Shown here piece after piece: positions 28,536 through 37,040 of a DNA stretch of 64,000 bases. Each line of letters begins with the position of its first letter. Position 1 is the first letter of the stretch. Origin of the DNA: a virus (taxonomy: Duplodnaviria; Caudoviricetes); IMG/VR virus record IMGVR_UViG_3300044675_007236; one strand, written 5' to 3'. Made by a program: the position numbers and the translations under genes. The notes beneath the pieces were generated by a model. The model ran no database searches, had not been told where the DNA came from, and saw nothing but the letters and a program-made list of their open reading frames with translations.

Positions 28536-31500
28536 CTAGTTGACTCCCAGTGCACCGGTTGTGCTTTGAAATGTTCCGTTGCCGTTTACGACATCTCCAA
28601 CAATTTTTAAAACGCCGTCAATGGATACTGTCGATGTACTTTCACTAGCAGTTTCTGTGGCTATATCTCGGCTAGCAACAGCTGACATTTCTTTCGCCAG
28701 TTTGTCCGTAGTGTACGGATCCGTGCTTTCGGCCATTCCCAGAAATTCAGTTTGACGCATAGACTGTTCTAGATCGCCCACCGACATGTTGTATTCTTTA
28801 GCCAGAGCTTTCATCTTTTCTTTGTCGCCTTTAGCTGCGTTGTACTTATCGGTAAGTATATCAAGCTTTTCAATACCGCCTGTGCCGCCAACAGTTTTGT
28901 TTTTGTCTAGCCGTTTAAGAATACCGGAAAGCATTTTTTGATTAGCTGCCGACGTAGACTCGTCGCTTTTGTCTTTTAATTGCAGCTTATCTGCCAATGC
29001 CTTTCTTGATTCTGATGTATCTAGCCCGAAAGCATCGGCCAAAGTGTTTAGCTCAGCTGTAGCTAATACTTTGGCTTGTTCTTCAGCTTCCCTGGCTCTT
29101 GCTTCTTTTTCCAACACAACAGCTTCGTCGACTTTTTCTCTGGCTTCTTCCTCGCTCAAGCCCTTACCTCTTAATGTTTCCATACTAGTTCTGTAACCAG
29201 ACGCTCTATTTTCAAGTAGTCCAATCGCACCTTGGTTTGCTAGTTGCTTCTGATATTCAGTTTCGTCTTCAACATTGCCAGGCGTCAGACCCATGGCTCG
29301 CATGCCTGCATTTCTGTCCTGCATTGCCAAGTTGCGTTTAGCCTTTATCGCGGCAACTGAAGACTCGGCTCGACGTCTTACTTCCGGATCTTTAGACTGT
29401 AAGTCCGCGTTAAAACTAGATAGCTCGCGGTCTGTAGAAGAAATAATCGCTTCGGCATTTCTAGTGTTTTTAAGCACTTCCTTGTCGGAAATAGCTCTTA
29501 CCGACGATGGCATTTTACCTGACCTGACAGCATCAAGATACTGCTCAGGTGTCATACCGAGTTTTTTAGCTTCTTCAGAGTAATCGCCTAGTGTGAGTTT
29601 AGCCAGGTTCTGTGTTGCACCTAATCCGCTTGTTTCAATAGCGTTACCCGCAGCAGCAATCGCAGTGTCTAATTCCGTTTTTAGCTGCTGCGATCTTTCC
29701 TGTAGTCGTTGTCGTTCTTCAGGAGTTGTAGCTTCGGTAAATTGTGATTCAAGTTCCCTTGCTTGGTTGTACAACGACCTTACTCGCTCTAAAGGTCCGC
29801 CAATTGTCTGTTGTTCAGCGATGAACGTGTTTCCAAACAAATCTTGCAGTAAAGTATCCATGTTAACATCTTGGCCGCCTGCAGCTCGGTCTGCTTGCCG
29901 CATAATCGCAGAACCTATACGCCCTTGGATACCGCCAGCACCTTGCAACTTGGCCATGGAAGAGTTTGTCGCACTGCGAACAGCCGCAGCTTGCTGTGCG
30001 GCACCTCTGGCCTGAGAAACATGCTTACCATGTACCTGCGAGTAAGCGGTGAACGATTCAAATCCGTAATTTTGAATTGTCTGCTCCGCTTGCCCAAATT
30101 GGCCCGCAGCCATGGCACGTGCTTGCTCGTCAGACAAGTTAAGATTATACGTACCAGCTTCAGCTCTAATAGCTTCAGCCATCGCTCCGATACGTAGTTC
30201 CGGATTTTGCATTTCTGCTGGAGACAACGCGTTAAGTGCTCCAAGCCCGGCAGCACTAATTGATTTAGCTGCGGCAGCTCGCTGTGTGTTGTCTTGTATA
30301 CCTGTACGAAGTGCTGTCTCGCCTGCCAGCCTGAAACTCATAGTCTGGTTCAGTTTTTGGTTTATTTCTCTTCGCTGAAGCTGAAAAGCTGTGGCTTGCA
30401 TTTCCGGATTTTCTGACAACGCGCGGAAGTTTGAAGTTCTATCGTTTAACATCATGTTAAATGTATTAGCGTCACCTCCAGCTATACCGCCCTGGGCAGC
30501 AAGTGCTCTAAACTCAGTAAGCTTGGACGGCATCTGCATTGTCACACCGTTAAACGTGTAAGTCTCTTGACCGGCAGCTGCCGCAGCCATAATAGCTTGA
30601 AGCTGCCGCCCTGCGGAGTTGTTTGCAAAGCCACCGGCTTGCTGTACTCTGAGCAAAGCACCCATAGCCTGGGATGTTTCAGATCCTAGGCCGCGGCTGA
30701 ATAGACTCATTGTGCTTTGCTCAGCTTGCTGTCGATTAAGTGCACCGAATCCAGTTGCTCCGCCCGCTTGTGAGAATGCAATACCGCCAGCAATACCAGC
30801 TGACACAGTTGCAGGGTTAAAGTTCGCTGCGTGCGATCCCATGATTGACGTATTCATTGCATTAGCAGTCTGGCTCATCGCCATAATCTGGTCTATGCTT
30901 TTGCCCGACATCTGGCTCATAGCCTGCATATCTCTAACCATGTTTGCTAGGGATGCTGGATCAAACTTCTGCATCTGCCCGCCAGTTAAAGCTTTTAGAG
31001 CTCCAATAAGCTGCGGGACCGGTGCGTTTGGGTTACCGGCTTCGCCAAATACTTCTCGCATTGCCGAGATAGCTTCAACGTAGTCCTGCAACTGATTTGT
31101 AATTTGCTGTGCGTCTGCTTTAGTTAGTCGTTCCTGTATCGCGGAATCTTTACGTAGCTTTCCCAGTTGCTCGTTGCTTAGCTTATTAACGTCACCTGCA
31201 AGTAAACCTGAATTGATTCCGGTTCTAGCGGCTACTTCGTTCATATCGACGCCGGAACGTTGAGCGTTTAAAACGGCGTCTAAAGTACGATCTCGCAAGC
31301 TTGCAGTTGGTCCGGCTAAACCTTCTGAAGACAACGCACGATAGATTTGTCCTACGTCTCCAGCCCGCAATCCTTGCATTCTTGCGATGTTATCCTCAGC
31401 AAACATGTTACTAAAGACGTTTTTAATCATCGAGGTGTTTGCTTCAGCACCCATACCGTAACGACCCGTAGTAGGATCGATACGATAGCGGTTTGCTTCC

Positions 31501-32075
31501 ATCATTTGTGCCGCCATGGACTGCACACTACCGGCAGGTCCTGACATCACGTCCAGAAATTCAGATCCTCCTGGAACCGTCATAGAAATCAGCGGACTAT
31601 ACTGCGCAATATTGCTGGCCATTTGCTGTGCCGCAAAACGCTGACTAGCGTTCATTGGTATACCGGCAATTGCAGCACTGCCGCGAAAAAACTGATACAT
31701 GTTAGTAGCGTCTTGACTTGCTACGCCGCTCATTACGTTGAGCTGCGTCATTTGCATTTGCCTAGCGTCAATAGCCTGCTGCATTGACGCGGCGTTACCG
31801 ATTGACATAAGCCCGGCTTGTTGTAATCGGTTCGACAAGTAAGTGTTACCCGCCAGGTTAAGTAATTGGCCCGGCAGTCCGTAATTATTCAAGCCAAAGG
31901 GAGCCAACGGGGAAGTGTCCACAGTTCCAGCACCCGCTATAGCCGGGCCGTACATACCTGCCGTAGCAGCTAGGTTGTTCCCGCCGGGTCCCGGCACGCC
32001 GAAACCCGGAAAACCGGAATAACCAGTTTGCTGCATTAGATACAGCTGTATGTTAGGGTCGGTTATGTGGTTCAT
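28536..32075 (-). CDS. tail tape measure protein (1179 aa)
   Basis: Long Ala/Gln/Gly-rich helical protein right after the chaperone genes; at the usual ~0.15 nm/residue this implies a tail of roughly 170-180 nm (inference). Confidence 0.85.
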   Translation of the reverse strand: MNHITDPNIQLYLMQQTGYSGFPGFGVPGPGGNNLAATAGMYGPAIAGAGTVDTSPLAPFGLNNYGLPGQLLNLAGNTYLSNRLQQAGLMSIGNAASMQQAIDARQMQMTQLNVMSGVASQDATNMYQFFRGSAAIAGIPMNASQRFAAQQMASNIAQYSPLISMTVPGGSEFLDVMSGPAGSVQSMAAQMMEANRYRIDPTTGRYGMGAEANTSMIKNVFSNMFAEDNIARMQGLRAGDVGQIYRALSSEGLAGPTASLRDRTLDAVLNAQRSGVDMNEVAARTGINSGLLAGDVNKLSNEQLGKLRKDSAIQERLTKADAQQITNQLQDYVEAISAMREVFGEAGNPNAPVPQLIGALKALTGGQMQKFDPASLANMVRDMQAMSQMSGKSIDQIMAMSQTANAMNTSIMGSHAANFNPATVSAGIAGGIAFSQAGGATGFGALNRQQAEQSTMSLFSRGLGSETSQAMGALLRVQQAGGFANNSAGRQLQAIMAAAAAGQETYTFNGVTMQMPSKLTEFRALAAQGGIAGGDANTFNMMLNDRTSNFRALSENPEMQATAFQLQRREINQKLNQTMSFRLAGETALRTGIQDNTQRAAAAKSISAAGLGALNALSPAEMQNPELRIGAMAEAIRAEAGTYNLNLSDEQARAMAAGQFGQAEQTIQNYGFESFTAYSQVHGKHVSQARGAAQQAAAVRSATNSSMAKLQGAGGIQGRIGSAIMRQADRAAGGQDVNMDTLLQDLFGNTFIAEQQTIGGPLERVRSLYNQARELESQFTEATTPEERQRLQERSQQLKTELDTAIAAAGNAIETSGLGATQNLAKLTLGDYSEEAKKLGMTPEQYLDAVRSGKMPSSVRAISDKEVLKNTRNAEAIISSTDRELSSFNADLQSKDPEVRRRAESSVAAIKAKRNLAMQDRNAGMRAMGLTPGNVEDETEYQKQLANQGAIGLLENRASGYRTSMETLRGKGLSEEEAREKVDEAVVLEKEARAREAEEQAKVLATAELNTLADAFGLDTSESRKALADKLQLKDKSDESTSAANQKMLSGILKRLDKNKTVGGTGGIEKLDILTDKYNAAKGDKEKMKALAKEYNMSVGDLEQSMRQTEFLGMAESTDPYTTDKLAKEMSAVASRDIATETASESTSTVSIDGVLKIVGDVVNGNGTFQSTTGALGVN

Positions 32076-32605
32076 CTACTGCGTCCTTGCTGCTTTAAAC
32101 GTTTTCGACGTATTTCTTCTGCGGCTGCGTGAAAATTGTTAAGCCTAGCTTGCTCTTCCTGTGCCTGGGTTTCCCTTTCTTCGCGTTTACCCTTAGTAGC
32201 TTGTCTAACTTCGTCTTCCCACTTTTCTCTTGCGGCAGCATCGCTGGGATCCCAACCTGTAAGTTGTTTCCATTGTACTTTATATTCTTCATGCTCGCTG
32301 CGGCGATATTTTTCTTCCAGCATTTCTGCCCAAGGTTGTTTGGCTTGCCGTAGCGTTCTATACCTCTCAAGCGTGTTTTTGTGTTCGGTTCCTGCATCCA
32401 TTTTAGGATTAGCAAGCAAAGCCAAGCTCAAACTGTACAAGTTACCAATCAGCTCTTCGTGTTCCTGTGCTGCGAGAGTCCGAATGACGTAACGCCATTT
32501 AAGCCACCACCCGTGATCTTTTACGTCAGCTTTGGAAAAGTCTAACGAACCACGGACAGCGGCTTTAAGCGTCAGAGCTGCGTCACGATCTCGTTCCAAA
32601 AATTT
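32072..32605 (-). CDS. tail assembly chaperone frameshift extension (lambda gpT-like)
   Basis: Open in the -1 frame relative to the upstream chaperone; no convincing independent start; entered at slippery site 32599-32605. Confidence 0.7.
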   Translation of the reverse strand, partial: KFLERDRDAALTLKAAVRGSLDFSKADVKDHGWWLKWRYVIRTLAAQEHEELIGNLYSLSLALLANPKMDAGTEHKNTLERYRTLRQAKQPWAEMLEEKYRRSEHEEYKVQWKQLTGWDPSDAAAREKWEDEVRQATKGKREERETQAQEEQARLNNFHAAAEEIRRKRLKQQGRSR

Positions 32606-33441
32606 TCGTCGTCGATGCAAACCTCCAGTTTAGCTACAAGCTGGTTAAACTTTGAGCAGTAGTGCGAAACAATTCGTTGTAAATGTTCTGTGCTTAGAAT
32701 GTGCTTCAACACGTACCTTTCGATTTGCGGTATAAGCGGTTCTTCAGCATCGTAATCAGGTTGTTCGGCTAAAAATGCTTCCCAAGATTTCTCGCAAGCC
32801 GTATTGGTTTTTTTAGATAAACCGTCAGGTAAGTTTATGTGCATAGCTCCAAGAGACGCGTTTAACGTTTGAAGCTGCAAAAATAACCGCTGACGATTTA
32901 AGTAATCGTAGTATTCCTGTGTATTTAGAATTCGCCCTGCTGCCTGTTCTGCGTATGCTGCAGCGTATAAGGCGTCGAGCTCGTTTACGGTCAGGCCGCG
33001 AAACGCCATTTTTAATTTGCCGCCAAGAGTTTCGTAGCCCTTGGTAAATACCTTCTGCCCCAATACCGACACAATAAAGGTAAGTTTGTCCTGCTTATCT
33101 GGTGGAGCAAGCGGTGGATTTCGTTGATCCCAACCGCAGTGCACACATACAGGCGCTATTGAGTCTGTTTTTTGTTCTTCTACTATTTCAGGCGGGGCCG
33201 CCGGAGGCGGCGGTGCAAAGTCTTGTATTTCAGGCACGAAAGAAGCTGCAGGCTGCTTTGGTGATTCAACTTCAGCCTGAATTACAGGCACCGGTTCTGC
33301 TGTAAATACAACTGTCGAGTCGGCGGCTACGGGCTGCGATCCGGTAAAACCTTGCTCCGTAAGTAATTGATCCAGGGTAACACCCTTAGCTTTAGCTACG
33401 GCTTCCAGCAATTCTTTTTCAGCTTTAAACTTGTTACTCAT
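32572..33441 (-). CDS. tail assembly chaperone (lambda gpG-like position)
   Basis: ATG at 33441; C-terminal half with MAFRGLTVNELDAL; lies upstream of tape measure. Confidence 0.65.
   Translation of the reverse strand: MSNKFKAEKELLEAVAKAKGVTLDQLLTEQGFTGSQPVAADSTVVFTAEPVPVIQAEVESPKQPAASFVPEIQDFAPPPPAAPPEIVEEQKTDSIAPVCVHCGWDQRNPPLAPPDKQDKLTFIVSVLGQKVFTKGYETLGGKLKMAFRGLTVNELDALYAAAYAEQAAGRILNTQEYYDYLNRQRLFLQLQTLNASLGAMHINLPDGLSKKTNTACEKSWEAFLAEQPDYDAEEPLIPQIERYVLKHILSTEHLQRIVSHYCSKFNQLVAKLEVCIDDENFWNEIVTQL
32599..32605 (-). promoter_or_regulatory. -1 programmed ribosomal frameshift heptamer A-AAU-UUU
   Basis: GAA AAT TTT TGG in frame 0 fits X XXY YYZ; the -1 frame stays open to 32072. Confidence 0.7.
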
Positions 33442-33449
33442 TGTTTTTC

Positions 33450-36257
33450 CTATAGTTTGTAGTTTCCGTCGCAAACACTTTGCTTCCACGGTTTGAAAAC
33501 AGGTTCTTCGTAATTTGACTGATAGTCCGAGCGATTCTTAGCTGTTTTGTTTGATTTGTCGAACAAAACAAAATCGTCAGTGCTACTGTAAGCCAAGAAC
33601 GTTTCGTCGCCAGCCCAATTTTTCTTTCCAGGCCAAGGATAAAGATTATTTCCCTGATAAAAGACTGGCTTTTCTTCCCAGGTTGCCGAAGATACCTGGG
33701 TAAGCCCCATACGGTCTAGCTGCTGCCAGCGAGTCTCCAGCAAGAAGAATTTTCCTTCGTCGTAACCGTAAGCCGTTCCGTTTTGACTGCTGTCACGGTA
33801 CGAGAAACCGAGCTCGTCTAACAAGAAAGTATTGTTACCTATACTGTTAGAAGCCCAAATACGTTCTTGCAGATACTTAATCGACGTCTGGCCAACGGTA
33901 TTAAAACCAGGTACTGATTCCTCGTAAGCGCTAATGAAATCGCGAATATCTGTAGGTATGTTATTTTGTGAACTGTCGCCGACTATACCTCTTCGACACG
34001 CCATTGAACCTATAGCGAAAATACTAGCCGCCGAGTAGAGACTACCCTCTACGCCCAACGCTCCGTTCTCGGTAATTACAACATTCTTAGTAAATACAGT
34101 AGGGCCGTTAATCTTAGAGAAAGACGGACCAAAGAAGTGAGATTTAGTAACCGAAGCCTCGCCTTGGCCGGGTGTGCTGTGGTAGATTCCCATGCCAACG
34201 CTGTTTAAAAAGATGTGCTGCCTCGCGTAATTGATAAAGTCACCTCGCCCGCTGCCGCAATCTATGATGTACGTACCATAACCTTCGGCAAGTTCTTTCG
34301 TCACACCAGTTCGCACATAGTTATCCTGAGAAATCGTATTAACCGAAGCACCCTTAGCGAGCAGTGTAATACCAGAGGACTGAACTTCTTCGCCAATCTT
34401 CTGCTGATAGTCTTGCGTTGCACCTTGACTCTTAGTCTCGAGAAGTATGCCGCCGTACCCGCTGTTACCTGCGAGTAGTTGCATATTGTTCTCGGCTTTA
34501 ATGCGAACATCGTTATCGCTAGCCGAAATGTCCACGTTAGATTTTGCACGTAGAATAACGTCGTTTGCCATGTTCACAATACGTGAACCGGACAAGACCA
34601 TAACATCACCGCCAGCTTCCAGCCTAATCTGGCCGCCAGTCATAGTGATCTGCGAGCCGAAACCGTCTGCAAGAATAATGCTGCCGTCCTCTTCCAAGCG
34701 GAAAAAAGACGCAGTGTTGTAGTAATTAGCTTCACCGTAACGTTTATCGATTTCTAGTTTTTTAGGTTCCGCTTGCACGTATGCTTGTGACATACTGCCG
34801 CGGTAGAACTCGACACCTGTAGTTATTTCACTACCAGTGAATTTCTCCTGCGGATAGTGGTAGTCTCTTGAATGGTAAGCAAAAGCGTGTGTCGCTTTCC
34901 AGTTGAATTGATGCGCAATCATGTCTAAGACACCAGCTGCCCGGAGCATTGATGGAACAGTATCTTCCGCTGCTGAATTCCAGTCTTTTACTTTGTGCTC
35001 GTTGCCGTTACCGTACAGACCGCTGAATTTATAGTTGTTGTTTTCAGTTAGATCGTCACCCTTCGGATCTTCTGGTTTTCTCTTTTCCTGAGGAACTGGA
35101 ATTGCAGGATACTTTACGATCGAATAACTTTTTGCGGTACGAACACCGTAGCTACCGTCGAGACTAAGACTCTCATGAAATAACCCTAAATCCGTATTTA
35201 GCGCAGCTTGTGTTGCCAACCTGACTCCGCTGGTCTTGGCAGGCCGCATCAAGAATCGCTGATAGCCTTGGCCCAGGTACCCACCGTACTCAGTCAATCT
35301 GTGAATAGGTGTTTGATCTGGATTGGATACGTCAATTTCAGCGAGTGGAAAGTCACGATCAAGTTGAACTTTTGCCGGGTTATTGCTGCTTGTGAAGTCT
35401 GCGTCTGGCCCGTACATCCCGGTGGCTTCCCAGGGATATATCGCGTGGCCTGTTCGCGAGTAAATCTCACCTTCGTCAAGCCGCTGCGACAAATGTGTTG
35501 CGTACGATTGAACGTCAAGCGAAACACCAGCCAGCTTAACATAGTCATCGAAGTAGTTTAGAAACAACCCTGTAGCTTCGTTAACTCGCAAATAAGCCTG
35601 AAACGAATCGATAAGTAAACCAATACCGGTTTCAGACATACGGACATACTCGCCGATCGTCCCGTCAATAGGCCTACCGGCGGTGTGAGCTCGAATACCT
35701 AGCCCGTCCGCAGACGAGTTTATTAGGTTAACATAAGCTGGAATTTGCTTGATGCCGGTGTTACCGCCTTGCTGTATGATTTCTGAAGGGTTAAACAAAT
35801 CAGACCAAACTGGCGACGGTACGACGTTTAAGATGTAAGCTATAAACGAGCTTTTGGGTTTCCACAGGATGACGCTCGAGTTAGGCGGAATGACTTCCCC
35901 ACTTCGAACACCAAGCGGCGTCATAGCGTTGTGGCTGCCTGCAACCGCCATGCACTTGCCTTGTCTACCTGCAAGCTGCACAACGTAACAGTGAAGGTAA
36001 GGTATAGAGAATAAAACCTTACCCATTCGCAACGGAGTGTCGTCCTGAAACGTGTGGCTTTGCATGACTGCAAGCCGCTTAGGATCCTCTGCAACAGTTC
36101 CTGTTATCGACTGACTAAGAACAGAAGTAGCGTCCTGCAGCTTAGAGAAGAGGCTGTACAGGAAAGCATAGTCGCTAGGTGCCGCACCAGTCTGCTTGGA
36201 GTCCAAGACCGCAGGGTTACTATTAACGTTTTGTGCTGAGTTCCACGGAAGTGGCAT
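33450..36257 (-). CDS. baseplate central spike (gp5/gpV/VgrG-C-like), 935 aa
   Basis: N-terminal OB-fold-like segment (RMGKVLFSIP...IPPNSSVILW), beta-helix-like repeats (FRLEEDGSIILADGFGSQITMTGGQIRLEAGGDV...). Confidence 0.7.
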   Translation of the reverse strand: MPLPWNSAQNVNSNPAVLDSKQTGAAPSDYAFLYSLFSKLQDATSVLSQSITGTVAEDPKRLAVMQSHTFQDDTPLRMGKVLFSIPYLHCYVVQLAGRQGKCMAVAGSHNAMTPLGVRSGEVIPPNSSVILWKPKSSFIAYILNVVPSPVWSDLFNPSEIIQQGGNTGIKQIPAYVNLINSSADGLGIRAHTAGRPIDGTIGEYVRMSETGIGLLIDSFQAYLRVNEATGLFLNYFDDYVKLAGVSLDVQSYATHLSQRLDEGEIYSRTGHAIYPWEATGMYGPDADFTSSNNPAKVQLDRDFPLAEIDVSNPDQTPIHRLTEYGGYLGQGYQRFLMRPAKTSGVRLATQAALNTDLGLFHESLSLDGSYGVRTAKSYSIVKYPAIPVPQEKRKPEDPKGDDLTENNNYKFSGLYGNGNEHKVKDWNSAAEDTVPSMLRAAGVLDMIAHQFNWKATHAFAYHSRDYHYPQEKFTGSEITTGVEFYRGSMSQAYVQAEPKKLEIDKRYGEANYYNTASFFRLEEDGSIILADGFGSQITMTGGQIRLEAGGDVMVLSGSRIVNMANDVILRAKSNVDISASDNDVRIKAENNMQLLAGNSGYGGILLETKSQGATQDYQQKIGEEVQSSGITLLAKGASVNTISQDNYVRTGVTKELAEGYGTYIIDCGSGRGDFINYARQHIFLNSVGMGIYHSTPGQGEASVTKSHFFGPSFSKINGPTVFTKNVVITENGALGVEGSLYSAASIFAIGSMACRRGIVGDSSQNNIPTDIRDFISAYEESVPGFNTVGQTSIKYLQERIWASNSIGNNTFLLDELGFSYRDSSQNGTAYGYDEGKFFLLETRWQQLDRMGLTQVSSATWEEKPVFYQGNNLYPWPGKKNWAGDETFLAYSSTDDFVLFDKSNKTAKNRSDYQSNYEEPVFKPWKQSVCDGNYKL

Positions 36258-36309
36258 AATTTATATCTCACCTTACGGTGCGTTTGGAGCTACTTGAAAC
36301 CAGGATAGC

Positions 36310-36318
36310 ATTCTAACA
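36310..36318 (-). promoter_or_regulatory. extended -10 promoter element TG-T-TAGAAT upstream of the spike gene
   Basis: Follows the terminator at 36346-36382; TGn plus TAGAAT. Confidence 0.45.
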
Positions 36319-36345
36319 GCTAGGCTGGTTTTGCATCAGTGCTCA

Positions 36346-36382
36346 ATAAAAAAGGCTAGCTCATTTTTACACAAGCTAGCCT
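36346..36382 (-). terminator. intrinsic terminator after tail tube gene
   Basis: GGCTAGCT...AGCTAGCC stem followed by TTTTTT. Confidence 0.85.
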
Positions 36383-36404
36383 GAAATTGCTATCTTAGTT
36401 CTGC

Positions 36405-36956
36405 TTAAGCGACTTCATCGCAGCTCAAGTTTGCGAACATTAAAGCGATGTTTTCGTTGACAATCATGTCCTGAGCCCCTACGCCAACGGTCAACCCTAC
36501 CATCGTAGCGGCCTGAACCGTGTACTTGACCGTGTTAGCTACGGCATTACCGACCGCATTGCTGAAGTCTAAGACTTGGGTAGGCGTAGCACCCTGTCCG
36601 GCTTGACCGCAACCACCTGAGAAAGTAAACGTCAAATCTTGCGGAGAGCACACGTTACCCAACTCTGCGTAAAAAGCACACAAAGCACCGGACTGAGGCC
36701 CGAGCACCCGAGCAACGCTGGCGTTACCTTGAGTTCTTCCGCCGACATAGAAAACAGGAACAAAACCACCAGCACTAGCACTGGCAGCTCCGCCATTTGA
36801 AACGTCGTAAATTCTAGCTACTTGTTGCGAGAAGTTGATTTGCACGTTTTGTACAACGCCTAAAGGCGTAGTACTACCTGCAATTGTCATAGCGGCCAAG
36901 TCGGAAGCAAAAGAGCCCGCAAAACCTGTACGCTGCCTTGAGTATACGTCAGCCAT
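36405..36956 (-). CDS. tail tube protein
   Basis: 183 aa after sheath; GVVQNVQINFSQQVARIYDV...YVGGRTQGNASVARV tube-fold pattern; GAGG SD. Confidence 0.8.
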   Translation of the reverse strand: MADVYSRQRTGFAGSFASDLAAMTIAGSTTPLGVVQNVQINFSQQVARIYDVSNGGAASASAGGFVPVFYVGGRTQGNASVARVLGPQSGALCAFYAELGNVCSPQDLTFTFSGGCGQAGQGATPTQVLDFSNAVGNAVANTVKYTVQAATMVGLTVGVGAQDMIVNENIALMFANLSCDEVA

Positions 36957-36968
36957 TTTTACCTCTTA

Positions 36969-36988
36969 GTCGCAGCATAGGCTGCGAC
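36969..36988 (-). promoter_or_regulatory. perfect 8-bp hairpin without U-tract just upstream of the tube SD
   Basis: GTCGCAGC-CTAT-GCTGCGAC. Confidence 0.5.
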
Positions 36989-37040
36989 GGTTAGTCACAA
37001 AGGAAAGTAATTCCGAATGTTATCGGAATACTGCAACGTT

